Source: Balanoglossus misakiensis (Eukaryota > Animalia > Hemichordata). Taken from it: a stretch of DNA of 64,000 nt. The position numbers and the translations under genes were made by a program. Location: positions 4,974,213 to 5,038,212 of the forward strand of contig CM082589.2 of assembly GCA_040954595.2 (NCBI GenBank), read 5' to 3'. This document shows, in pieces, positions 1-13,071 of this stretch. The notes below the pieces were generated by a model that was not told the origin of the DNA, searched no databases, and saw only the letters and a program-made list of their open reading frames with translations. Each line of letters begins with the position of its first letter. Position 1 is the stretch's first letter.

Positions 1-219
1 AAAATGAATAATCATTTTGGCGAGATTTTACTCTCATATCCTACAAACGGGATGGAAGTTGTGTGTGGTTGAACGTTGATTCACTATATATGCACATTCA
101 GAATAACATAAATGGTGTCTTGTATAAAAAATAATGAATGGAACAAGGGCAGCGAGAGAGACTTTGTCCCCTTAAATGTCGTCTCATAATTGCTGATGTT
201 GTTGCTGCTGTTCTTATAG

Positions 220-1168
220 GGTGGGCTATCTACGCAGAAAGAGATGTGTCTGGCCTTTATGTACTATTACCCCAAAAACCGACTTGCTGAGTGTTCGAGT
301 GATTTTGTATTTGATATTGCTCTGAACATCCTCGTTGGGGTCACAAGTATAGATTACACGTGAGTATCTGAAGTACGAAACCTCGAAGTTTTGTTGTCTG
401 TTTAAGTCTGACCTAGAGACCAGGATGATCTCAGTGAGCACTTTCTTAGAGGCCCATAGGCTGCAATTTTAGGGGAAATTTTATTTTCAAACAGTACACG
501 ACATATCAATGTCGATAACGTAGATTTTAACTATGGAAGAAGACGGGGCTAATCAGTATAGCAAAGCTGACGGAGCCATATGTTTAGAATACATATTCAT
601 TGCAGGGTTTTCCCTCCAGTGGTGTCTGAGCCCGCCGAGTATGCTGGCCGTTCCGTCTTTGACATCTTTGAAGGATTGGAATGGTCCCAAGACCAGGTGG
701 AAATGTTAGAAGTTGCCTACCAATATGGCTACAGTAGCGTCTGCTCCAAAGGTGGTGGCGAATATTACCCTGTGAGTACACTGAGATTGGCCTAAGGTGA
801 CCGTGTGATACATCGCAATGGAATTAATGAGATAACGATGCATAGAGTTTCTCTATCTTGTATACAGAATCTACCAAAGTAACACACGAATCTCTCTGTG
901 TCTATCTCTCTCGCTCTCTGTGTCTATCTCTCTCGCTCTCCCTCCCCCCTCTCGCCTTCTTCCTCCATATCTCACTCACTCTCCCCCCTCCCCTTCACTC
1001 TATCATTCTCAGACCAACGGTCATTTTTCGTTTACAAGAAATGTGACGGAGCTACCAGATGAAGAGAGCGTGTGTAAGACCGTGTCTGCAGCCGCAAGAA
1101 ACAAACGCCAAGGCACAGCTATAACCTTGACTGTGCTTTCAATTCTTGGAACTGTGAATCTTTTCTAA
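220..1168 (+). CDS. MOXD1: DBH-like monooxygenase (MOXD1-like), last three exons; 5' part lies outside the window
   Basis: Exons 220-359, 606-771, 1013-1168 join in phase with AG/GT sites. First exon reads GGLSTQKEMCLAFMYYYP, the EMC CuM-ligand motif of copper type II monooxygenases. Ends in a hydrophobic tail (SAAA...TAITLTVLSILGTVNLF*). Confidence 0.85.
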
Positions 1169-1861
1169 TTGTTTTTGAAAGAACAACTTAGAGAAGTGAC
1201 GAAAACATTTAACTCAAATTGGTTCTTTATTTGTGTATAAAAATATAATGTGGTTATATAAGAATAAGGTAACCAAATACAGTATATAGTATTCAGGTAC
1301 TGCATTCAGCGCTCAACCGAGACCCATGACAAGTGTCATTTCTTATATCATGAAACGCCTTGAACAGGGATACAATTTACACATGAATTGAATCAGATGT
1401 ATTCATTTCTTGTCTAACTGTATCTTAATTGTCAACTAAATTGTTTTAATCCATGAATAAATGCTACCACTATTATAAGGACACTTGTGGTTACCGCTAG
1501 AACGGATTGCATACTTATAACTGAACCTGATAACTGAGATTATTCATTAAACAATATTCTCTTTAATATGGTCTCTTCATTAATATGCAAGCAACGCTGA
1601 CCAATATATTTTGCAATTTTAAAAACTGTAACTGCATGCATGTATAATACTTTAAACTTCTCTTGGATATCACGTTGACAGACACACACACAGACACACA
1701 TCAGTACGGCATTAGCGCACGTGGGTGAACACGTCGTCCAAATGTCCAAAGAAATCTCATTCAGCCTTTCCATCCATCAAACATAATATTAAAATGTTTG
1801 CGGCTACTGTTCAGGATAAGATACTGCTTATGATGTCCGCTTGTCGCTTGTTATGAATTTT

Positions 1862-4023
1862 TCACCCATTAAAAACGGATATGAGAATGTTGATGGCGGT
1901 AATAATCATCACAACAAGCGTCGCAATATTGTTATATCTGACTGCCGACTTTTTTTCCTCTTCGTCGATCTCGTCATCTTCAAAATTGACGAAATACTAA
2001 AAAACAAAAACAGAAATACGTGTCAATTGTCGAACTGACGTCAACACACAATCTCAAGGTGTGGCAGAGGTGCAGTTCACTAGCTAACTAATCGATGTGG
2101 GGGATGGGGGGGGGCAACACACAATGGACATACCCTTCTGTATATCACGAATTTGTTCTCAAGCCGGATAACATGTCTCCGTGATTGTCCGAAATGTTCG
2201 TATAGTTAGACAGCTGTGCGCTGACCAAAATGCCATTTTGTAATTTTTTTCTCGACTCACCTTGAAGGCGAGGATGACACCGGCAACAACCTGCAGCACC
2301 ATTGATGAAATAATCAGTATAATCATCACATAGTAGAACTCTGCACTGGTGCCTTGAACTATGACGCTTTTCAACTGTCCGGCATTTGCTGCCAACAATG
2401 ATATATTCAGAAATCCTTGGGCTACTGTTTTTGTGCTTGCATAGGTAGATCCCCGCGATGTGTCGTGCTTTGGTTTCGTAGCAACGCTTTCATCACCCAC
2501 TCCCATCTTCAGAGTAATATAAAATAGAACGGAATATTTAATAGGGGAAATGATACAGGTTTGTGAACGCCGACAAACTCAGCTTATACGGTCTAAAAAT
2601 AAAAGGAGTGAATTTTGTAATGTGAGGCTTAGCTATGGCCTGAGCGCATAATCAAATGGGGTGTTACTTCCAATAATAGCAAATACATGTAGACACGTCT
2701 ACTATTTGTATAAGCTTACCTCCACCTTTACAACACCGTCGGTAGATGATGTGCTACTCCGAACCTGAAAATATTAATTAACATCATAAAGTGAACAATT
2801 AATTCATGTAGGAAATCTTCGTGAAAGGGGTGTATTTGTATATGTCTCCCTGAATTCTCATCGTCGCTGGCACTTTTAGAGCTGTGCTATAAAAGTTTGT
2901 TTTAAAGTCAAAAGTGTTTAGATATACATGTACGAGTATTCAGACAGCATGCAAACATACTGTTTTCAATGAATTATTGACCGTTTACAGTTCCCCAAAA
3001 CATGCCCGCTCTAGCGGAGGAAGTAGAGGGGTCTGGGTAACCAAGACTACGCTATGCGCGCAACGACCGCAAACGCCTACGTTAGTACATGCGTCCGTGC
3101 ACGTAGTTCGACCAATATCACGTGATTTCGTAAGCGGTCAGCACAGCAGAAAATAGGGTAACTGGGGCGCCGGGTCAAATGAGACTCTTACTTAATAGTA
3201 AATAGGGCACCTTTTGTTCGAAAGGGTACTTCAGTGCAATGCTGCTTATATTTTTATGCTGTTGTTTTTTTTAATTCGGTATACAGAAGTATTTGTTTTC
3301 ATAGGACGACGACTTCGGTGAAGGAAATTAACAAGTGTTGACTGTATTCAGCATCACATACTCAAATGTTTCTAAAGTCTAAACTTTCCCTACAAATTAA
3401 AACAGTATATATAGTCATGCCAATACAATATTAACGACCAGCTTCTTCCGCGTTCGCGTGATGTGTCCTACGTGTACATTTGGCCGGATGCGAAAAGTGA
3501 CGTTGTCCGATCCGAACGTATACGATAGGATTATATTACTAACCTTGTAAGCTGAGCTCGGTTTGCTTATATTTACATGCGTATCTTAATATCAGTATAT
3601 CTTAGGTGCTCGTCTCAAAATATGGTCGCCAATTAACAGTTTTAGCAAGCGGACATCCTTTTCAGCTGACTGGTATAAATTTTACACATCATTGTAAAGC
3701 AGGGAACACTAACTCACCATCTAAGTACCGGTTCCTTCTTTTATGTGACCAAAGTTACTATAAAAACTAAAGAGTGTCTTCGCAGCAAACAGTATGTCCG
3801 GCAACAGTTCGTTGTGTCGGACCTGTACAGAGTGAGCGGCTACATCATGTTGATTACTTTCGAAAACGTACTTTTAATCAAAACAAAATCCAGGCGATTT
3901 TTTTCTAAATGGTCATAAACTTGAACACGCTTGCAGGTTTTTAAAGGATGTACTCACCGAGACAAGCGGTATACCCTCACCAGGTGTCCCCCCTTCGGCC
4001 GGTTCACCTCCAGATCTTGGCAT
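1862..4023 (-). CDS. Ninjurin family membrane protein (~163 aa)
   Basis: Exons 4023-3958, 2764-2720, 2506-2261, 1996-1862, all phase 0. Ninjurin motifs YASTKTVAQGFLNISLLAANAGQLK, ISSMVLQVVAGVIL and NNIATLVVMIITAINILISVF. The two small 5' exons are less certain than the core exons. Confidence 0.85.
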
Positions 4024-6332
4024 AGTCACCTGAAGATAATAAAAAGAGTGACGATGAAAACGGAGTCTGGACATCACCAAGAACAAAAATATCGACAAGA
4101 GCACACAGACTCCCTCCCTCCTTCCATCCTTATCTGTCTCTGCCTTTATCAGTCTGTCTACCTGCCTGTGTGTATGCATGTCTGTCTTTCGCACAAAAGT
4201 AACACACAATTGCAAGTTTCAATTGTCCATCACTGAAAATCACCCATTCACCTTGCAGAAGTATTTTTGTGCTTGAGATCCTCGGTACTGGAAATTTCAG
4301 GGACAGCCTGATGCCCTTCGTGAACCCTCGTTGACTGTGATTAATCGTATGGATCGCCACTACAATATTAATACGATCTTGGAGAAGCTCGTTGAATTTA
4401 TAACACTGCTAGCATCCGGTTTTTGTCGAAGACAAAGCTTTTCAAATTCCAAGGAAACGAGTACTTTCCTCGAAAGTATAAATAGCATCAAGATGACCGT
4501 TATTATACAGCGCCTTGGCCCACAGGCAGACTTCGCAGAATTATGCAAATGCAACGCCACGATACTTTCATTGAAGTTGAATTGATTCTTCTCAGCACGG
4601 AAATGATGCATATATGTAGAATGTTTATGCGGTCCGTTCTGTGAACCGCAATCGGTGGGCACGTGACACCATACGAGTGGCCGAATAAGGACTGGACAAG
4701 GTCGTGGCATCGGTTTTTAGTTTACCTGTTTGTGTTTCGAGCATGACCATACAGGTAAACACCCCCCCCCCCTTCTAAAGTAGTCCGCGTGTAACAGGTA
4801 GAGTGGTGTAATTTATGGTCGTATCGACAAGACAGTGAAGGTCGCTCCGTTGTAGCAAACATCATTTTGTTTACCTGAAATGGTTCTGAGCCGAAATCAC
4901 GAAAAGTGGTATCGTTTCTGGTGAATTGCACATCGATTTAAATTAGAGTGGTTATGTCACTTTAGTTAGGAGAAAGAAGACGCAAGCGATTGCCAACAGT
5001 CTATTAAAATATATTCATACTCAGTCAAATGGTACAAAACTTGGTTGCAGGACATGTACTCGACAATGTACACACTACAAAACCAGTACACGGCGGATCG
5101 ATTTTGTTTTCAACGTTATATGCGGAAGAATTGTACAGGTCATGCTCCGGTCAACATGGGCCTGATGACGTGACAAACGTTTCCCGCACACGAGCTGGCG
5201 CGTTGCACTATAGACAGTAGAGGGGAAGACAGACTTCTCTCGAAAGTGAATTCCAAGAGTATAGCCTTGGACCATCATTCCGCAATGAATATCACATGAC
5301 GGTTTCGTGTAAGGTCTCGAGTGCCCTCTATCGCCCGACAATGTAAAAACAAAAGCATAAAATTCGCCAGCAAAGTGTGAACACAGCGCCCCAACGTCTT
5401 GAGATGCAGCTTTTCTTCAATCAGTCTGAGGTACATGGCAAACCACTACTTTTCCAATGCTCCATTCAGCAACATAATCAACAACAACAGTGAATAAGAT
5501 AACTTAATTAATCATATTTATTCAATTCTGTACAAGAGGAAACATATTTTTAAAAACACCTGGAAAAGTTTATTGACCTGAAATCCAAACCATTCAAAGC
5601 TAAGGGCTGTTATTGATCGAAACAAGTGTAGAATTTCTCCATTTACAACAATGGAAAAGCAAGTTATTCCTAAAACATTCCATTCAAAGGACTACTGAGG
5701 TACACACCTATCTTTGCACACACGTATTCTTCAGGCTTGCAGCATTTTTGGGGCTAATTTCCTGATGTTGATTTCTTCATGATGTTGATTTCTAAGTGCT
5801 TTTTTCACTGACCCTGCTGATTCATCAGTGTGCTGCAATATTTATTCTCTCTGAATAAATTGGTTTCATTTAACTATTCAATATCCAACGTAAATTATGG
5901 TGACAGCTATACACTTATAGTGTTACAGAAGATTTCCTATTTGTTTTCTGGGAGCACCTACTGTTTCAGCAGATCTGATTTCGATCTTTTGGTACATTTA
6001 CCTGAATTTCACTCTCATTATATTGAAAAATATACACAATTTATATGTAATATTTCAGTGAGTTGTGTTGGAGACCTAACAGAGCGCCTATGGTGTCTGC
6101 TGCAGGACAGAGGTGATTCTATGATACAGAGCAACACTGATATATATGAAGAATTTTTTTCATAAAGCAAAAATGTTCAGTTGAGTTACCACAGTTGGTG
6201 AAAGATGAATCACTGTCAATGATACAGTCCCCACTGGATCAAAAAAATATAAAAGAACAATGAGGGAAGTCATTGAATTGCAAAAAAAAAAAAAGTGACA
6301 TGAGTTTAGAACTGTGTCGGGAATCGGTAAAC

Positions 6333-7850
6333 CTAGATTGCAAGTTGCAGCCCCCCATCCACTGTAATCATCTGCAAACAAAAATAAACACATAATTATT
6401 TTTTTACAAAAATGAGTAGTATTCAGAATTTACTGTATTTGCAAGTGGTCTGATTAAATGACAAACCAAACACTGGCTGTAGTGAATTGGTCCATTACCT
6501 GTCCTGTGATGTATGGCGAATTTGCGAGAAAAATGGCAGCATTGGCCACTTCTGTTGGGTCTCCGAATCTTCCCATTGGTATGTGGTTTTCCATGTACAG
6601 GAACTGGCTACCTCCTGTCATGTCCGTCTTGATAAAACCTGAGAGTCATTCAGAAGAAAACAGATTAAAGGATCGACAGAATTTCAGTTTCTGCAAAGTC
6701 CAAGATCTGACCATCTAGACTGTAAGGTAAGTCTGTAGTTAGAGCTCATTGCAAAGATTAAAAAAAGTTGCATGTACAACAATAAAATGTACTGTGATTT
6801 TTGTAATAACACTGAATCAGAGTCATCATCATACCTGGAGCTATAAGGTTCACTCGGATATTCCTAGATGCAACTTCCTTGGCTAAACACCTTGTGAACC
6901 CCAGAAGGCCAGCTTTGCTAGCACCGTATGAACTTTGACCTATATTGCCTTTCAAACCAACTATGCTTCCTACGATAAAAGGAAAATAATTTGCATTTAT
7001 GTAAAAGAGGTCTTTTCATTTATAAGTGTGTACTTTTGGGGTTTCATCCAGGATGGCATTAACAGGGGGATATGTCCCCCTTTGCCAAAATGTACGGGGG
7101 AGTTGTAATATCTCCAACGTGTGAGTGGTATCATTTAAGGCTCTGGTCCCCCTTGACAAATTGCCAGGGGGTGCCAATATTAATTATTTTGCAGCAGAAG
7201 TGAAGGCTCACCTATGTTAATGATGCATCCCTCGTGGCGGCGAATCATCTCTTTGATGACAAAGCGTGATGTAATCATAGGCCCAATCAGATTGAGCTCA
7301 AGTAAATCGCTCACTTCGGCTTTGCTCGTCTTGAGTAGTAGACCATCTTTGGAAATGCCAGCGCTGTTGACCAGGACGTCAATACGGCCGTACTTATCAT
7401 ACACCTGAGAAAGCCTTGTCTGAACATCGATTTCACTGGCAATGTTACAGGCTATTCCCGTGTGAGTTCCTGGTGAGAACAGGAGAAATAAACACAAGGA
7501 CCATGGCGGTTATAGACTGCAATACTGTATTATCATGATGTGCCCAACTTAGGAACCCGTGCTGTATGTGGCATATTGTACTTGTTACACACTCGCCAAC
7601 ATGTGTAGATCCGCCATAAAAACAACTTGAGGGGCCGTTTAAATTACGTGCACATTTATCGATGAAACGTGATTACGATATACGATTGCTCACCGCCACC
7701 GTCGATTTTCTTCAAACTTTCTAGGGTAGTTTCAATTCTTGTGACATTTTTAGCCAATATGATAACACTGTCGCCCTCCTTAGCAAAAGCTTTGGAAATG
7801 GCCGCACCAATCCCTCGCGATCCGCCAAAAACGGCGCAAACTCTGCTCAT
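6333..7850 (-). CDS. CBR4: Carbonyl reductase family member 4 / mitochondrial 3-oxoacyl-ACP reductase (SDR, ~242 aa)
   Basis: Exons 7850-7694, 7469-7212, 6969-6835, 6638-6499, 6371-6333 in phase. [15 protein letters not shown] start, VNSAGI, catalytic [36 protein letters not shown]. Confidence 0.92.
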
Positions 7851-8853
7851 TTTTAAGGTTTCGACCTGAGCTGAACTCACACCATGGGCGCCGCCATTTT
7901 GAAGTAGCAATGCATCATGGTACTATAATTCCGGCTGATTGATCGTGATCCCTGTGCGGTGCGCGACACCACACTCCCGGTACATAATTTCCGTACCAAA
8001 CTTTAAATAATCTCAGATATGCTCTTTATTTTGTCTATTAAATGCTATTGCCTCAGACAGTATATCAAGAAAACACTTATTTATGACAAAATGGCCAAAA
8101 AATAAAAGAAATGTCAGAACAGTTGAAAATTCCCACAAATAAAAAAAAGTTAAATATTGTAATGAAAAATGAGATCGAATGTTATGTCTCAATGGAGTAC
8201 GTTTACTTCCGAGTGTTCTTGTGGATTAGATCATATACTTTGTTTATGAAGTTTCAAAGTTGGGATTGCAGCGGTTTTTATTGTTAATACGGGGGAAAAA
8301 ATTCCCCTGGTGCGTTAACGTTGCCAGGTAAAATAGTCTGATTATCAGAACCACGTTATTAGGGAGATTGTTGACAATTGTTTTTTAATCTTATTTAAAT
8401 ACCAATACACTGGCGAAATGTTAATAAGTTTAGGCCTTATTGCAAATGTTTCCGTCTCTGTTTACACACGACTGATTCGAATCGTGAATAACCGGGGGAT
8501 ACTCCCATATTTTCCGGTGCGTACACACTACCCGACTGATCGCAGACGGAGCAGTTTCAAGTTAGATTAGATCAAACGAGTGTGTTATGACCCTTCGACG
8601 AAGGACATGTGGTGATCCCTCGGCCTTGGGACCCCTGTCGCAAAATTGGTGTGTTGACATGGCCGCTTGCACCGTAATCCATGGCTCTGCGACCGTGCGA
8701 CCCCGGGTTCATATACATGATACAGACTTAAGTCGCACGTGACGCCTTTGATGACGTTACCGTGTTTACATCGGGTCGCGCGCTAACGTGGTCAGTTTCA
8801 CGCTACAACGCGTCGTAACCGGTGGGATCGGATTATTCTGCGAGTTGGAAGGT
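7851..8853. promoter_or_regulatory. Putative divergent promoter region between CBR4 and CHDH
   Basis: Head-to-head genes; CpG-rich; YY1-type CCGCCATTTT at ~7891-7900; CACGTG and TGACGT motifs at ~8735-8760; a donor GAAG|GTAAAT at 8852 suggests a non-coding CHDH first exon. Confidence 0.5.
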
Positions 8854-9619
8854 AAATTTATCAGAATATTGAGGTGGTTTTGCATGTGGTTATAAACATT
8901 TTCAGATTTTCAGGCCACTTCTTTTCATGAAAGATTACTGGCTCGTCAACAAGTTTTAACATAAGAACAAAGTTACATTTTAAAAAGTTGCTTCGCCGGT
9001 CAGGCCGTGTTTGATTTCAATTTCATCTCCAGATTTTAGCTGCTGTTCAGTATGTTTTGCCTTGGTTTGTGTGTTTTTTACCGTCTAACACACAAACCAA
9101 GGCAAAACCTCGAGCTGCTGAACTATGGGTGTGAGGTGTCGTCTTTCACGTTGTATTTATTTATATCCCGCGGCCGACCGACAGCCGATATCTGAATGTG
9201 CATAAAAATCTATCCAAATGACTCGTGGGTCTGTAGTTCGAATGGCAGATCAGGTCATCGCTCGCTCAGGATCAGGGTCGCTTCATTTAAACGAACTTGA
9301 AGACTAGGATTCAATTTTCAGAAAACCTCCAGAACTCCAGTGCACATGGCACGAATTCCACCGCACCCACTACTTGCATATCAACCACTAACAAAACAGT
9401 GACCTTGGGTTATTTGTCATTCAAACGACTCCTGAAAGTTTGGTTGTATATGGCGAGGCCGGGGGATGGGGTGTCTGATAGTGATACTATAGTGTCAATG
9501 GTATAATTGCATTGCTGCAGTGGGGTCTAACTATATGATACAGTCATCTCAAAACTTTTTATTGGGGTGACCGAGGAAGTAGTTATTGTCATAACTCTTT
9601 TCTAGATAGCTAGAGAGGT

Positions 9620-9640
9620 CGATAGATAGGTCGATAGATC

Positions 9641-9671
<31 letters not shown>

Positions 9672-9672
9672 G
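9620..9672. repeat. (GATA)n microsatellite
   Basis: Read directly. Confidence 0.9.
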
Positions 9673-10463
9673 CTTGTACATGAAGTCTGAAGTACGCATG
9701 TTCACAATTTACATATTAATAAATCATTGAATCTAAACACAAAACCTTGTTTTCATGTATTTTCAGGATGGGATACTAGTACACAAGTATGCAGCTGTCG
9801 TGTTGGTGTTATGTCAGATTTCTGTAGCCATGTCCCAGTCTGTGCGGATAAACGGAATGCAAAAAGGTATTGTAATTAATATTATGTACATTTTAGCATA
9901 TAAAAGTATAAGAGTGGCATGTACAGTGTATTACATAACCACACAAAGTCACACACAGTGCCTAATAGAGGAATTCAAGTTATCCAGTATACTTTTGTCA
10001 CTGAAACCATGTTTTGTATACATGGCATAGGCGTACCCTTGGATTTTATAAAGTCAAAATTATATAATGCTTTCTCTGATGGCCAGAATACCTGATTTCT
10101 CTTGTTGGAAATTCTTATATGTGACCCCACCCCTACCCTTTGTTGCTCACTTTGGCACCAGTTTGGTTCATTTACTTTCTTTTGATAAATCTTATTCCTG
10201 AAGCTCAAATTAAACTGACTGATTGGATCTGCAAGCTGTTCTCTCTGATAGTAGACAATTCTATTTCTGTGTCCCACACAGGGCTAATCACCGCCTGTCA
10301 GCAACATCTCATGTGCACGAAAGTCAACTGTCCGATCCTGAGAATACTGCCCTCAAGAGGCTACAGAACACCAAGTTCTCTGCAAGCAGCCTCTATAGCC
10401 AGCCAGAGAGATGGTTTGAGAGAGAGTCTGTCATCAGTGGCATTTGACAGAAATGGAAGTGGC

Positions 10464-13071
10464 ATGTGGTCCCGTTCCGTGCAGGGATCATGGACCAAAG
10501 GAATGATCGCAAAGTAAGTAATGGACAGTTTATGTCGAAAAAAGCATCAGTAACACTAACTAATTCTAATCTATTCTATTCTGCTCCTATTCTTTTTCAA
10601 TAATCAGGTATTTGTTGTTGGTAAATAAAATAAAATAAAATATAAAATGCGCTTTTCATCTCTGTTGCTCACCATTCCCCCAAATGTGAGTAATATTGAT
10701 TTTTTTATTCCCGGCCTAAATAACAATTAAAAAATGAAAACCATAGCAGACAGTGTGTGCAGTATCATGTCGGGTAATCCTGGCATCATATTGACAGACA
10801 CATCTCATGACCTTTTGTACTTAATACCGTACATGTACATATGTATTCTCTTCTTTATTGTTGACAATTCACATAAATTAAACCAACAACACTATTAACA
10901 CTTTATCGATTGAACCTCACCTATGAATATATATCATCAGTTTTACACGTTATGATTCAATCTCTCACAGGTCAGACTGGGTCAGTGTCCTGAAAATGTC
11001 ATTACTGTATGCTCAGTTCTGTTTTCATTCTTGGTGTCACATCTGTGGCTTCATCCAGATTTGCAGAGCAGATTTTTGCAGGCTGTTTTTCGTAGAGTGT
11101 GTTTAGATTAGTTAGAATCTCTCTGGATTGCTATTGAAAGTTTGAATAGGAACCTTCGCTATCTTGTGTTTTCCTTTTTCTCCTTTCCCATATATTATTT
11201 AGATCTTAATAATTAAATATTGTAAATTTTCTATTATTCACTCTGCCAGCTTAATATCTAAATTGTTTTCTGTGCTTTTTTTTCCCTCGCACAGGCTTCA
11301 AGTTAGAACTGGTCAGAATGTAGGACAAACACATTGTGTCAGGAAGTACACAACCGTATCCAGGTCCTCTAACATTCCAACAAGTGCGCCTTGTTTTTCT
11401 CACATCATTGTTGGTGCTGGATCTGCGGGCTGTGTCTTGGCAAACCGTCTGACGGAGTCCGCAGACAACAATGTCTTGATCCTGGAAGCGGGCCCCAAGG
11501 ACAGTTCGTGGAACTGGAAGATTCACATGCCGGCAGCCCTGATGTACAACCTGTGCGACGACAAGTACAACTGGTACTACACCACCGAAGCTCAAGGTCA
11601 CATGAACAATCGCAAGATGTACTGGCCGCGCGGCCGGGTGTGGGGCGGATCGTCGGCCATCAACGCGATGTGCTACGTTCGCGGTCACCCGTACGACTAC
11701 GACCGGTGGGAATCTCAAGGCGCGGCGGGTTGGTCCTACGCAGACTGCCTGCCGTACTTCAAGAAGGCTCAGACGCACGAGCTGGGAGCCGACGACTACA
11801 GAGGCGGGGAAGGCCCGCTGCACGTGTCGCGCGGCAAATCGGACAATCCTCTCTACCGGGCGTTCATCGACGCCGGAGTGGAAGCGGGATATCCGGAGAC
11901 GGAAGACATGAACGGCTACCAGCAGGAAGGGTTCGGCTACATGGATATGACGATCCACAAGGGAGTGCGGTGGAGCACGGCTCGCGCTTATCTCAGACCC
12001 GCCCTGGTCAGGCCTAACTTGGTGGCGGAATGCAAAACGAAGGTGACGAGAGTACTCTTCGACGGTCCAAAAGCCGTGGGTGTGGAGTACGTACAGGGTG
12101 GAAAAGTGCACAAAGCAAGAGCTACAGAAGAAGTGATTCTGTCCGGTGGTGCTATTAATTCTCCGCAGACGCTGATGTTGTCCGGTATCGGGAACGCCGA
12201 CGATCTGCGGCGGTTGGGTATTCCGGTTGTTTGTCACCTGCCCGGCGTGGGACAAAATCTTCAGGACCATCTGGAAATCTACGTGCAGCAGGAGTGCACC
12301 CAGCCGATCACGCTGTACAAGGCGCAGTGGAAGTTCCCGCTCAACATGATACAGATCGGCGCGGAGTGGTTTCTCTTCCAGACGGGGAAAGCCGCCTCGT
12401 GCCACCTGGAGGCCGGGGCGTTCCTCCGCAGCCGCTCGGACGTGGAGCACCCGGACATCCAGTTCCACTTCCTGCCCTCGCTGGTGAACGATCACGGCCG
12501 CAAGTCGGGACACTGCCACGCCTACCAGGTGCACGTGGGTCCGATGAGGCCAACCAGCGTGGGTTACATCAGGCTTCGGTCGGCCGACCCCGACGACCAC
12601 CCCGTCATCCAGCCGAATTACCTGTCGACGGAGCGCGACCGGGAAGAGATGCGCGACAGCATCAGGGCCGCGCGGGAGGTCTTCGCGCAGAGAGCGTTCG
12701 ATCCCTACCGGGGCTCGGAAATCCAGCCGGGCCCGCGCGCGCAGACCGATGACCAGCTTGACGCGTTCGTCCGCGAGAAAGCCGACAGCGCCTATCACCC
12801 GTCCTGCACCTGCAGAATGGGCCGCGAGGACGACCCCGCGGCCGTGGTGGACAACCGAGCGCGCGTGATCGGCGTCGAGAACCTCAGAGTGGTCGACGCC
12901 TCCATCATGCCGAGCATGGCCAGCGGAAACCTGAACGCGCCCACCATCATGATCGCGGAGAAGGCCGCCGACATCATATTGGGGAAAGCCCCGCTTCCCA
13001 GGTCGCACGCGCCCGTTTGGAGAGCGCCAGTCTCGAGCACTCACACAGAATCAGTAACAGTGGCCCAGTAG
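10464..13071 (+). CDS. CHDH: Choline dehydrogenase, mitochondrial (GMC oxidoreductase, ~608 aa from ATG 10464)
   Basis: Exons 10464-10513 and 11295-13071 (phase-2 join). IIVGAGSAG, WKIHMPAAL, WPRGRVWGGSS, NLQDH, YHPSCTCRMG, GNLNAPTIMIAEKAAD; animal-type sequence. MWSRSVQGSW... looks like a mitochondrial presequence. An in-frame extension from ATG 9830 (exons 9830-9866, 10282-10513) is also open, so the start is uncertain. Confidence 0.93.

Noticed and set aside
11251-13044. 597-aa antisense ORF (and other-frame ORFs) over CHDH
   Set aside because: It mirrors the sense exon almost exactly, which is expected from strong G/C-ending codon bias, and has no recognisable motifs.
11295-13071. CHDH as a horizontally acquired bacterial betA
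   Set aside because: The sequence has animal CHDH signatures (NLCDDKYNW, WPRGRVWGGSS, YHPSCTC) and spliced 5' exons with a presequence-like start.
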